From: Mycoplasma mycoides subsp. capri
GTDB lineage: Bacteria; Bacillota_I; Bacilli_A; Mycoplasmatales; Mycoplasmataceae
Assembly (NCBI RefSeq): GCF_018389705.1
Contig: NZ_CP065581.1
Coordinates: forward strand, 930,001-962,000
Length of the DNA stretch: 32,000 nt
Reading direction: 5' to 3'
How positions within the stretch are numbered: position 1 is the stretch's first letter; every line of letters begins with the position of its first letter. A model generated the notes under the pieces. That model worked only from the letters and a program-made list of their open reading frames with translations. It did not search any database and was not told the origin of the DNA. Made by a program: the position numbers and the translations under genes. This document shows positions 12,094-22,344 of the stretch, one piece after another.

Positions 12094-12254
12094 TATCTTG
12101 TTTCCTTATGTAGAGTATGTGCATTACAAGTAGTGCAAAACTTTTTAATTTCTAGTCTCTGTTTTTGAGTTAAACCACTCTTATTAACAGAATAATTTCT
12201 ACTTAAACACTCAACACAAACTAATGTTGCTTTTTTATTTGTTGAACTTTTCAT
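12093..12254 (-). CDS. rpmG: 50S ribosomal protein L33 (53 aa)
   Basis: [53 protein letters not shown]: L33 with CxxC pairs; conserved rpmG-secE-nusG order. Confidence 0.93.
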   Translation of the reverse strand: MKSSTNKKATLVCVECLSRNYSVNKSGLTQKQRLEIKKFCTTCNAHTLHKETR

Positions 12255-12314
12255 ATAAAACCTCCAAAGATACTAACACTTAATATTATATATGTATTTA
12301 TTTTAATTAAAAAA

Positions 12315-13049
12315 CTATGACAATTTGTTCAAATAATTTGCTATTCAAAAACAAATAATTGAACAAGGAACACTTGCATTAAAAGAGTCAATATTTTTAT
12401 TAGATGGAACATAAATATTAAAATCACTATTTTTTGTTAATAGTTCACTTACACCTTTTTGTTCATTTCCAATAATTACAGCAGTTTTATTTGCAAAGTC
12501 AATTTTTGTCATATCTGTTGAATTTTGATTTAAATTAGTTGCATAAATTCAAAAATCATTATTCTTTAAAATTTTAATAGCATTATTTAAATTATTAGTT
12601 TTACAAATTTTAATATCAAAAGCTGAACCACTACTTGTTTTTAGAACTGTTGAATTAACTTGTACTTGCTTTTTATCTAAAATAATAATTCCATCAACAT
12701 TTAACAAACTACAACTTCTAATAATTGCTCCAAAATTATAAGGATCGTGAATTTGATCTAATACTAAAACTAGTGATTTTTCTTTTTTATTTAAATCACT
12801 AATTAATTCATTAAAAGAAGTATAGTTATAATCTTTAATTTGTGCAATAATACCTTGGTGTTGAGTTTGAGTTTCTAATAATTGATCTAATTTATTTTCA
12901 GAAACTACATTAACTTTTATTTTTGTGATTTTTAGATCAAATTCATTTAAAATTTTTAAATCTTTAACTCAAATTTCTTTAACCATGTTTTGATGTTTTT
13001 TTAACAATTCAAAAACAACATGTTTACCATAGATTAAATTAGAATTCAT
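12315..13049 (-). CDS. rlmB: SpoU/TrmH-family RNA 2'-O-methyltransferase (RlmB-like, 244 aa)
   Basis: IYGKHVVLNCLKKH N-terminus; DQIHDPYNFGAIIRS motif 1; AVIIGNEQKGVSELL motif 2; IDSFNASVPCSI motif 3; directly downstream of cysS. Confidence 0.85.
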
Positions 13050-13050
13050 A

Positions 13051-14376
13051 TTATAAAATTCCTTGTTCTATTAACTTGTTTCTAATAAGATCAGCTTTAT
13101 CAAACTCTTTATTTTTAACTAATTCTTGTCATTTTAAAAACAATTCTTTAGTTTTATTATCAAACTTATAATTAAATACATTATCAAAACCTAAAACATC
13201 TAAAATATAGTTTAATGATCCTATTAATAAACTAAAATTATCTAAATTTTTATCAACAATATCTTTATTAATTTGTTTAATTAGTAAATCAATTAAAGAT
13301 AAAACCAAAGAAGTATTTAAATCATCTTCCATATATTCATTAAATTTTTTTATATATTCAGATGAGTTAATAGATTGAATTTTTAAATCATTTTTAATAA
13401 TAAACTGAATAGTTTTTTTACTTAAATTAGTTAGTTTTTCAAAAAACTTATTAGCTTGATAAATTAAATCATCACTTATATTTAAAGGTTGAGTATAATT
13501 AGTTGTTAAAAAAATCCAACGTAGTGTGTTTTTATTATGTTGTTTAATAAAATCTCTTACTAAAATTACATTACCTAGTGATTTAGACATTTTTTCATCA
13601 TTAATTTGTAAATGTCCATTATGTAATCAAATATGTGCAAGCTCTTTATTATTTTTTGCAATAAATTGAATTCTTTCATTTTCATGATGAGGAAATTTTA
13701 AATCAATTCCACCAACATGAATATCTATAGTTTGATGGTTAAAATACTCATCAATTAATAACACACATTCAGTATGTCACCCAGGTCTACCTAAACCAAA
13801 AACTGAATCTCATTTAATTCCTATATCAGTTTTTTTTCATAAACTAAAATCTAAACTATAGTGTTTTTTAGAATCGATTTCAACTCTTTTACCACTAATT
13901 AATTCATCTAGTTTATATCCAGATAACTTACAATATTCATTTTCATATTTTTTAATATTAAAATAAACATCACCATCTAAAACATAAGCAGCATTAATAT
14001 CAACTAAATTTTTAATAAAATCAATCATTTCATTCATTTTTTGACTAATCAAAATTATCTTATCTGGTTGATTAATATTTAAAGATTTCAAATCTTCTAA
14101 ATATGCAGTAGTGTATTTTTGAGAAACTTCTAATTCATTTAAATTATTATCTAAAGCTTTTAAAATAATTTTGTCATCAATATCTGTAATATTTTGTAAA
14201 TAATTAACTTTGATATTTCTACTTTTTAAATATCTAGTTAAGACATCAACTAGTAAAACAGGACGAGCATTACCTATGTGAATGTAATTATAAACAGTAG
14301 GTCCACAACAATATAGATTAATAGTTTTTTTATTTAAAGTCTTTTTTGTTTTAGATAATGAATCATATAATTGCAT
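13051..14376 (-). CDS. cysS: Cysteinyl-tRNA synthetase (441 aa)
   Basis: ORFs 13837..14376 and 13129..13590 in one frame; [20 protein letters not shown] (HIGN) and MSKSLGN (KMSKS) motifs. Confidence 0.96.
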
Positions 14377-14384
14377 AAAAACTC

Positions 14385-15311
14385 CTATTTAACTTTAATT
14401 AGAGGTCTTAAAACAATATAAACAGTAGTTAAAATAGCAGTATTAAAAAAGATCTTAATTGGTATTTGAATAATTCTTACAACAACCATTGTAATAAATG
14501 GATTTTCTGATCCTGAAGAGTTTCTTAAACCAAACATTTGATAATCCCCTCAAGCTGCAACTAAAACAGTAACTAATATTTCACTAATCACACATAATAA
14601 AATAATAGGTAAAACTACATTTAATCATTTATCTCTTTTTTTAATATGTAATACTAAAACAAGCCCATAAATAAAAATTAATGTAATTGAAATCATTATT
14701 AAAAATAAGAATGGATAAATATCAGCAGGAATTTTAATCCCAAATAATGAAGTTTCTGGATTAATTTGTTTCATTCCTTGCATTAATCAAAACATAATAC
14801 CAGCAGCTATTAGTAAAAATACAGTAACAAATACTAAAGTTAATCAATTCTTTTTTAATTTAAAAGCATATGAAGTCATTCCAGATCAAAATCCAAATGA
14901 AAAAGCAACAACTAAATAAGCTACATGAATATATGATGGAACAAACATTAGTGTCAGTAATTCAGTAACTAAACCAACAACTAAACCAACAAAAGGACCA
15001 AAAATCATTCCTGTGATTTTGATCATAACCCCTTCAAATGCAACTCTAATTGGAGGTAGAACTGTAATTGGTAATGTTAGAGAAATAACAGTTGTTGTAG
15101 CAACTGATACACCAACCATCATAGCTAGATATGTAATTTTTCTTGTACTAAATTTAACTTTGTTACTAATGTGAAAACCACTACCATAATTTTTAAAACG
15201 AGCTCTAGCTAATCTAAAAATTGAATAAATAAGAATAGCAGATAAAGTTATACATAATGAAGTGATTGCTAAATTATGACCATCTAGTAATAAATGTCTA
15301 AATTTATCCAT
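14385..15311 (-). CDS. ECF transporter S component, substrate not assignable (308 aa)
   Basis: Multi-pass membrane protein with S-component-like ITYLAMMVGVSVA..PPIRVAFEGVMIKITGMIFGPFVGLVVGLVTELLTLMFVP.. ; continues in frame through TGA-Trp to RPLIKVK*. Confidence 0.75.
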
Positions 15312-15360
15312 AACCTACCTTCTTTTCTATTTACCAATAAAATAAAATTCAACGTTATAA

Positions 15361-15385
15361 AAGTGTGGTAAATAGTCCCACACTT
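15361..15385 (-). terminator. Possible transcriptional hairpin between the lipoprotein gene and the ECF S-component gene
   Basis: Inverted repeat AAGTGTGG..CCACACTT (8-bp stem, 9-nt loop) in the intergenic gap; no strong adjacent T run. Confidence 0.4.
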
Positions 15386-15453
15386 AATTAACTTATTATT
15401 TATTTTACCTTATTATTAAATTTATTAAAGTTGTTTTATTATTTATTACTATT

Positions 15454-16767
15454 CTACTTACCATTAACACTACTATTAGTTGTAGTGAATGACTTATCAG
15501 AAATTTTTAATGAAATATCTTTAAATCTATAAGGAGAGCTATTTCCTTTTGAAAAGTCATCACTAAATCTATATGAATTAAATGCTCAACCTACAAATGA
15601 GTACTTCATATTTTCTTTACTATCTTTTGGAGTATAAGATTCAACTATTGGAGTATAGATTTTTCTTAATCCACCAAATTGAACATAAAATGTAAAGTCT
15701 TTATTTTCTATTGAATGAATAATTTGTAATTCTAAAGTTTCAGGATCTTTACTCATATAGTAGAAATTATGTGCTGAACTTAATTCTCATTTTTGATTTA
15801 TATTGTAAACAAATTGATTGTTGTTATTTCCATTGTTAGAAAGATTAATATATGAATCATCTTTTTTGGTTAATTTTTCTGTTGAATACTTAATAGTTGG
15901 TTTTAGAGTTTTAATGTCAGGGTCTTTATTTTCTCCAATAACATTCATTCCAAAAGGATCGTTTACTGGTGAAGTTCCAAAAACATAAGGATTATGATCT
16001 TTTAAGTTTTTAATATCTCCAACAACCTTGTTATTATTATCATTTTTTAACTCAATATTACCTTTTTCAGCAGTTGGTGCAGTTTTAACATCTTGTTCAA
16101 ATGTATAAAATGATGAACTAGTCTTAGAAACTTTAGAAACTAATTTAATATCTTTAATTTTGTTATCAGTTGAAGAATTTACAATATTATCAAGATTTTT
16201 AGTAAATTCTTCTGATCAACCGTTTACATGTTCAATATCTTGTTTTAAACTTCCATTACTACTTTTTAATGAATCTACAGCAGTTTTATTTTTGTCATTT
16301 TTAACAAATTCTCTTAGTTGTAAAAGACCTTTTAAAGAAGAAATGTGAGTTTTTGAATCATCTAATTTTTTATAAAAATCTTGTTGTGAAATTTTTTGTC
16401 TTTGAGCATTTGCTCCAGTGTAATATCCAACAACACTAGTATCTTTAGCTTTTCCTCTAAATAAATCATATGATTCTTTTAAATTTCTAACTTCTTGAAT
16501 ATTTCTAGTAAATAAGTTTAAAACATCAGTAACAGTTCTACTATAAGCATTAGTAGTTCCATTTAAAGAATTAGTAATATCTTGAATATTAGATGATTGA
16601 CCATCACTTTGATATTTACCATCTTTTCAAACAAATTTATCAACTTGTGTACCATCATTAAAACTAGTTTTTATTGTGTGAGTTATAGTAGTAGAGCATG
16701 AAATTGTTGTTAATGTAGGAAATATAGTTACTGATCCAAACATTAAAATTCCTAATAACTTTTTCAT
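15454..16767 (-). CDS. Putative surface lipoprotein, unknown function (437 aa)
   Basis: N-terminus MKKLLGILMFGSVTIFPTLTTISCSTTI carries a signal peptide and lipobox-like TISC; one open frame under code 4 to NGK*. No recognised domain. Confidence 0.8.
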
Positions 16768-16836
16768 CGGTTTCTCCTTTTATCAGAATAATAATACATC
16801 AAAATATTATAACAAAATTAAGTCTTTTTTCTATTA

Positions 16837-18150
16837 TCAGTCTCTAAATACACCAAAATCTTTAATAAATCTTAGTAAAACAGTTCCAGTAGCACCATTT
16901 CTATGCTTTGCTAAAATTAGTTCAGTTTTTTCTTTATCTAAATCAGTTAAATCTTTTTTATAATAATCATCACGATATAAAAATGCAACAATATCTGCAT
17001 CTTGTTCAATAGCTCCTGAATCTCTTAAATCAGATAACATAGGACGTTTGTCTTCTCTAGTTTCAGCTCGTCTACTTAATTGTGATAAACAAATAATTGG
17101 AATAGAAGTCTCTCTTGCAATTTGTTTTAGTTGTCTTGAGATTTCACTAACTTCATTTTGTCTGTCTTTATTTTGTGATCCAACTATTAATTGTAAATAA
17201 TCTATAACACATAATTTAATATTATGATCTCTTTTCATTTTATAAAGTTTAGATCTAATTTCTTGAGTAGAAATACCAGGGGTAGCATCAATATAAATTG
17301 GAATTTCTTCTAATTTTTCTTTTGCAATTTGAATTTTTTCTCAATTTTGTTTGCTTAAACCTTTTCCAGTTCTTAAATTAGTTGAATCAACACTTGTAAG
17401 TCTAGTAAATAAACGTTGAGTTAATTGTTCAGCAGGCATTTCTAGTGAAAAAAAAGCTACAGGATATTTTTGCATAGCTGCATTAAAAGCTAAATTTAAA
17501 GAAAAGGCAGTTTTTCCAACACTTGGACGAGCTGCTAAAATAATAAAATCAGATTCTTGTCAACCTGAAGTAACTAAATCTAAGTAATTATATCCAGTTG
17601 GAACTCCTGAAATAATTTCTGCTTTCATTTCAAGTTCTTTAATTTTTTCAACAACTCTTTTTGCAACTTCACCAATTGGTTCTATTTCAAATCTTTTAAT
17701 AGAAAGATCAATATCTAAAAGCTTAGTTTGAGCAACTTTTAATAATTCATCAACATCAGTATTTGAATTATTTCTTTTAAGTTCTAATTCTTTAATAACA
17801 ATATCTAATTTTCTAATAACTCCAGCTTTATGAATAATATCAATATATTCTTCTAATCCTTGATCTGTATAGTTTTCAGCAGCTATTTCATAAACTACAA
17901 CATCTCCACCAACTTGTTCTAATTTATTAATTGCTTCTAATCTATTAATTACTGAAATTGGAGATATTGATTTATTTTTATTATTTAAATCAATAATTGC
18001 TTGATAAATATATTTATTTGCAGGAATTGAAAAATCATCAACTTTTAAAACTGAAACAATGTCAGCTAAAGCATTAGAAAAACTCATAGCTACACCTAAA
18101 ACAAAACGTTCAGCATATAATAATTCAGCAACTGTTAATTCTTGTTTCAT
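16837..18150 (-). CDS. dnaB: Replicative DNA helicase DnaB (437 aa)
   Basis: ORFs 16837..17238 and 17560..18150 in one frame; [14 protein letters not shown] Walker [10 protein letters not shown] Walker [39 protein letters not shown]. Confidence 0.96.
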
Positions 18151-18152
18151 TT

Positions 18153-18596
18153 TTAAACTTCCTTAACATCAACTTTGATAAGAGCTTCAATACCAAAATC
18201 TAGTTTTACTTTTACATAATTAATTCCAATTTTATTAATATTTTTAAAATGAATAAATTTCTTTTTATCTATTTCAATTCTATGAACATCTTTTAACTGA
18301 TTAACAATATCTTGACTTGAAATACTTCCAAATACTTTATCATCATTAGTTTGTAATTTAAAATGTAAAGTTAGTTCTTCAAGAGTCTTTTTAATTTGTT
18401 TAGTTTGTGCTTTTGCTAGTTCTTTTTCTTCTTGATCAGCTTTTAAATGATCTTTTAAAGTTTGAATACTATTATTAGTTGCAATTTTTACTAATTGATT
18501 TGGTAATAAGTAGTTTCTTGCATATCCGTCACTAACTTCTTTAATTTCATTTTTTTTACCTTGGTTAGGTACATCTTTTAAAAATATAACTTTCAT
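18153..18596 (-). CDS. rplI: 50S ribosomal protein L9 (147 aa)
   Basis: MKVIFLKDVPNQGKKNEIKEVSDGYARNYLLPNQLVKIAT is the canonical L9 N-terminus. The ORF track starts 3 codons upstream; ATG at 18596 is the better start. Confidence 0.95.
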   Translation of the reverse strand: MKVIFLKDVPNQGKKNEIKEVSDGYARNYLLPNQLVKIATNNSIQTLKDHLKADQEEKELAKAQTKQIKKTLEELTLHFKLQTNDDKVFGSISSQDIVNQLKDVHRIEIDKKKFIHFKNINKIGINYVKVKLDFGIEALIKVDVKEV

Positions 18597-18696
18597 AATA
18601 AGCACCTTTCTTGTTAATCTTATTATAACAATATCATTTTTATTAATACTAATTACTAAGTTCTTATGATTACAACTAGTTTAACAACTTATTAAA

Positions 18697-18718
18697 AAAC
18701 TTCGTAAAAACGAAGTTT
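18697..18718 (-). terminator. Rho-independent terminator overlapping the pth stop
   Basis: Minus-strand AAACTTCG-TTTTTA-CGAAGTTTTTTAATAAG: 8-bp stem followed by T6. Confidence 0.75.
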
Positions 18719-19277
18719 AATTATATTTATTCATTAAGTATATAAATGTTTTATTATTAGTAAAGTCATTGATAAATTCTATTTTATCAATAAATGATTG
18801 TTTTAATAAATTAAGTTCTTCATCACTAAATTTAGATAATACTCAATCAACTATTTTTCATTCTTTTGGAACTTGATTAACTCCAATTCTTAATCTATAA
18901 AAATTTTGAGTTTGTAAATTATTAATGATTGATTTTATTCCATTATGTCCTGCTGAAGAACCATCTTTTTTAAATTGGATTCTAGATATATTTAGATCTT
19001 TATCGTCATGAATAATTATTAAATCATTTAAATCTATTTTATAAAAGTTAATAATTTGTCTTACTGCTATTCCTGAATTATTCATAAAAGTTAAAGGCTT
19101 AACCAATAAAACTTTTTGATTATTAATCATAGTTGTATAAATTAATGAATTAAACTCTTGTTTAACTGAACTATAATTATATTTTTCTAATAAAAGATCA
19201 ATAGCTATAAAACCAGCATTATGTCTAGTTTTTTCATACTCTTTTCCAATATTTCCTAATCCAATTATTACTTTCAT
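18717..19277 (-). CDS. pth: Peptidyl-tRNA hydrolase (186 aa)
   Basis: MKVIIGLGNIGKEYEKTRHNAGF, VLLVKPLTFMNNSG, DDKDLNISRIQFKKDGSSAGHNGIKSI, YRLRIGV. Confidence 0.95.
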
Positions 19278-19303
19278 TAAATTCCTTTATAAATTTTAAA
19301 TTA

Positions 19304-19608
19304 TTATTTTCTAGTTAAATATATTAGTTTTTCAGTTCAAATTTCATATTCAGCAGTTTTATTATCATTATTTATTAAATAGGATTCAAAGTTTCTTGAA
19401 CAATTACAGTTGTTTTATCATATAATTCAAATTTTTGTTTTAAAGGTTAAAAATATGTTTTATTAAAAATAGTTAAATTGAGGTTCGCCTTTGGTTGGAT
19501 TATCTCTTGGTGCTTTTAAAACAAATTCATAAAACTCAACTGCTTTTTTGATCTATCAATTAGTTTAGCATCACCTTGAATTTGACCAATAAGTGTTATA
19601 GAATTCAT
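19304..19608 (-). pseudogene. Decayed ssb-like (OB-fold single-stranded DNA-binding protein paralog) pseudogene
   Basis: Starts MNSITLIGQIQGDAKLIDRSKK, then frameshifts to KKAVEFYEFVLKAPRDNPTKGEPQFN, later KFELYDKTTVIVQETLN and (another frame) SYLINNDNKTAEYEIWTEKLIYLTRK*. The order and spacing match an SSB OB-fold, but no single frame is open. Confidence 0.65.
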
Positions 19609-19694
19609 CTAATTTATTAATCTTTTGTATTAGTAAATACTAAAAAATATTAATTATTAGTTAATATCATTTTAGATTAATTATATTTTTATTA

Positions 19695-20729
19695 TTAATT
19701 TTTATGATTCATGAAATCTTGAATTTTTAATTGAATTTCATCTTTGTTTTTATTATAAACTTCTGTTAAAGAATGATGTTCTTGTGATTCTTTAATCATG
19801 TTTGCTAGTAATGGGGCAACTGAAACAATTTTTAGTCCCTCAAATTGTCTTTCTTGTGGAATTTCAACAGTATTAGTTACAACAACATTTTTTACAATAC
19901 CTTCTTTTATAGCTTGAGTCATTCTTTCTTTAGCAGGACCATTAAATAAACCATGACAAGCAAAAATATAAACATCTTTGGCTCCGTTTGCTTTTAGTGC
20001 TTTAGCTCCACTAATAATAGTTCCACCAGTATCGATCATGTCATCAATTATAAAGCAAGTTCTTCCTTCAATATCTCCTAAAACAAATTCAACTTCAGCT
20101 TTGTTTGGTTCAGGTCTTCTTTTTCCAATAACAGCAATACCATTAGTCATATTTGCTGTATATGAATCAACTTTATGAACTCTATTTAATCCTCCGTAAT
20201 CTGGTGATACTAAAATACATTTTTCAGGATCAAATTTTTCTCTAATAATAGTATCAACTATTTCGTTTGCTAAGCTTTGTGAAGTGTGGAAATTATCCAT
20301 TGGTATATCAAAAAATCCCATTGTTTGAGTTGAATGAATATCAAAAACAATTACACGATCAGCTCCTGCTTTTGTTAATAAGTCTGCAACTAATTTAGCT
20401 GTAATTGGTTGTCTACCTTTTGCTTTTCTGTCTTGTCTTGCATATCCATAATAAGGAATAACTACATTAATTTTTTCTGCACTACCTCTTTTAAAAGCAT
20501 CAATAGCAATTAATAGTTCCATTAAATTTTCATTAACTGGCATTGATGTTGATTGAATAACATAGATTTCTTTTCCTCTTACTGAATCAATTGATTCAAC
20601 TAAAATTTCACCATCTGCAAATCTAGTAGTTTTTACAACTTTTTGTTCAACACCTAAGAAATGACATACTTCTTTTGCTAATTGTTGACTTGCTGAAAGA
20701 CCAAAAACATAAATATCTTTATTATCCAT
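19695..20729 (-). CDS. prs: Ribose-phosphate pyrophosphokinase (344 aa)
   Basis: Complete ORF: FADGEILVESIDSVRGKEIYVIQSTSMPVNENLMELLI, YYGYARQDRKAKGRQPITAKLVADLL, GRTCFIIDDMIDTGGTI. Confidence 0.97.
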   Translation of the reverse strand: MDNKDIYVFGLSASQQLAKEVCHFLGVEQKVVKTTRFADGEILVESIDSVRGKEIYVIQSTSMPVNENLMELLIAIDAFKRGSAEKINVVIPYYGYARQDRKAKGRQPITAKLVADLLTKAGADRVIVFDIHSTQTMGFFDIPMDNFHTSQSLANEIVDTIIREKFDPEKCILVSPDYGGLNRVHKVDSYTANMTNGIAVIGKRRPEPNKAEVEFVLGDIEGRTCFIIDDMIDTGGTIISGAKALKANGAKDVYIFACHGLFNGPAKERMTQAIKEGIVKNVVVTNTVEIPQERQFEGLKIVSVAPLLANMIKESQEHHSLTEVYNKNKDEIQLKIQDFMNHKN

Positions 20730-20838
20730 AATTACCTCATTTCAATAATAATAATAACAAAAAAGCAATTATTGATAACCTTGTTTTGCACTAAAAACTA
20801 AATTCAAAAAAGATAAATTAACTTAATTAAAAAATAAA

Positions 20839-20861
20839 AAAACAACTCTAAGAGTTGTTTT
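20839..20861 (-). terminator. Rho-independent terminator downstream of the tatD/small membrane protein unit
   Basis: Minus-strand AAAACAACTC-TTA-GAGTTGTTTT followed by TTTATTTTTTAATT. Confidence 0.75.
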
Positions 20862-20910
20862 AACTAAATCTATTAACAATATTTTTAAATAGATGTATAT
20901 TAAATAAGTT

Positions 20911-21171
20911 TTATAAATTAGAAATTCCTAAAAACATTAATAAAATTGCTGATAAAAAACTAGTTAGACCAATAATAAAAATTAAATACAATAATCAAAA
21001 TGAATGTTTTTTACTATTTTTTAATACTAATTGATTATTTTGTCTTTTTTTCTTTTTATATAAATAAATAATTAGAATAACTGAACTAATAGCTAGAATA
21101 AATAAAATAATTGAAACAATAATTAAACCTATTGCTAATAAATAACTAATTTGATGTAAAGGTAAAAACAT
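20911..21171 (-). CDS. Small hypothetical membrane protein (86 aa)
   Basis: MFLPLHQISYLLAIGLIIVSIILFILAISSVILIIYLYKKKKRQNNQLVLKNSKKHSFWLLY.. two hydrophobic helices; starts 1-2 nt after the tatD stop, suggesting coupling. Confidence 0.7.
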
Positions 21172-21172
21172 A

Positions 21173-21970
21173 CTAATTTAAATTAAAAATCTTTTTACTA
21201 TTTAAAGTTGTAATTCTAATTACTTCTTTAACATCTACATTTTTTAATTCAGCTATTTTTAAAGCAGTTAAATAAATGTATTTTGGATGATTTACTTGTC
21301 CTCTATATGGATGAGGAGCTAAATAAGGAGCATCAGTTTCTAATAACATTTTTTCTAAAGGAATAATTTTAACTGCTTCTTGCAAATCTTTTGCGTTTTT
21401 AAAAGTTACAGCTCCACCAATATTAATATAACAATCTAGATCTAAAAACTTTTGAGCATAAATAGCATTAGCTGAAAAACAATGTACAACTTTTGTGATT
21501 TGGTTTAGATCTTTTATAATTTCAATAACATCATCATAAGCTTGAAATTGATCTTTTTGATCTCTTATATGCATTTGTAAAACTTTATTATATTTAATTG
21601 CTAAACTTATATGTTTTTTAAAAAACTCTTTTTGTTTTTTTATATGTTCTTTTGAATAAAAATAATCTAAACCAGTTTCTCCAATACAAACTACTTTTTT
21701 ATTTGTAATTAATTTTTCTAATTCATCAAAAACACTATTATCAAAATTTTGTACATCATTTGGATGAATAGCAATGCTTGCAAAAACATTTTCAAATTCT
21801 TTTGAAAACTCAACAGCTTTTTTACTAGAAATTAAATCAAAACTAGAACATAATCATCCAGTTACATGTTCATTTGATTCTTCTATTAATTGTTTTACAT
21901 TTGCATCTTTATACTTTGATTCGTCATTAAAATGTATATGATTATCAAATATTTTATTATCATCAATCAT
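21173..21970 (-). CDS. tatD: TatD-family metal-dependent deoxyribonuclease (265 aa)
   Basis: FDNHIHFND, IAIHPND, CIGETGLDYFYSKE, QMHIRDQ, VHCFSANAIYAQKFLDLDCYINIGGAVTFKN, LLETDAPYLAPHPYRGQVNHP. Confidence 0.93.
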
Positions 21971-22069
21971 ATTAATTATTCCTAACTATATTTATTAATT
22001 CTAAAATAATTTTATTACTTTATAAATATTAATTAAACTAATAATCATTTCCTTATTTTAATTAATAAA

Positions 22070-22093
22070 AAAAATAGCCCATAGGCTATTTTT
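22070..22093 (-). terminator. Rho-independent terminator after tRNA-Cys (potentially bidirectional)
   Basis: Stem AAAAATAGCC / GGCTATTTTT with loop CATA; minus-strand product is followed by TTTTTTATT. Confidence 0.85.
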
Positions 22094-22106
22094 AATTTTT
22101 TCTAAT

Positions 22107-22181
22107 TGGAGGCAATAGTCGGATTCGAACCGACGATCAGGGTGTTGCAGACCCATGCCTTAGCCGCTTGGCTATATTGCC
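22107..22181 (-). tRNA. trnC: tRNA-Cys (anticodon GCA), CCA encoded
   Basis: Minus strand GGCAATATAGCCAAGCGGCTAAGGCATGGGTCTGCAACACCCTGATCGTCGGTTCGAATCCGACTATTGCCTCCA; acceptor GGCAATA/TATTGCC, T-arm GTCGG-TTCGAAT-CCGAC, anticodon loop CTGCAAC. Confidence 0.95.
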
Positions 22182-22197
22182 ATAAATATACTTAATA

Positions 22198-22203
22198 ATT
22201 ATA
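22198..22203 (-). promoter_or_regulatory. Probable -10 box (TATAAT) for tRNA-Cys
   Basis: Perfect TATAAT on the minus strand ~17 nt upstream of the mature tRNA 5' end in an otherwise AT-rich gap. Confidence 0.45.
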
Positions 22204-22344
22204 TTAAAAAATTTTTTATATTAATAGTATTTAGGATTAGAAAAACTTTATTTAATAATTTATTAGTATATTTTTAAAAAATAACAAAATAAAAATCTCT
22301 ATTTTATACAAACTTAAAAGTTAAGATCATATAGAGATTTTTTA

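Noticed and set aside
15361-15385. Strong terminator or palindromic regulator operator
   Set aside because: A good 8-bp stem, but without an adjacent T tract or known operator consensus; kept only as a low-confidence hairpin feature.
16160-16348. Plus-strand ORF (62 aa) inside the lipoprotein gene
   Set aside because: Antisense artifact of a well-supported lipoprotein gene.
19978-20178. Plus-strand ORF (66 aa) MAPFAFSALAPLI..
   Set aside because: Mirror of the conserved prs catalytic region; the minus-strand gene is unambiguous.
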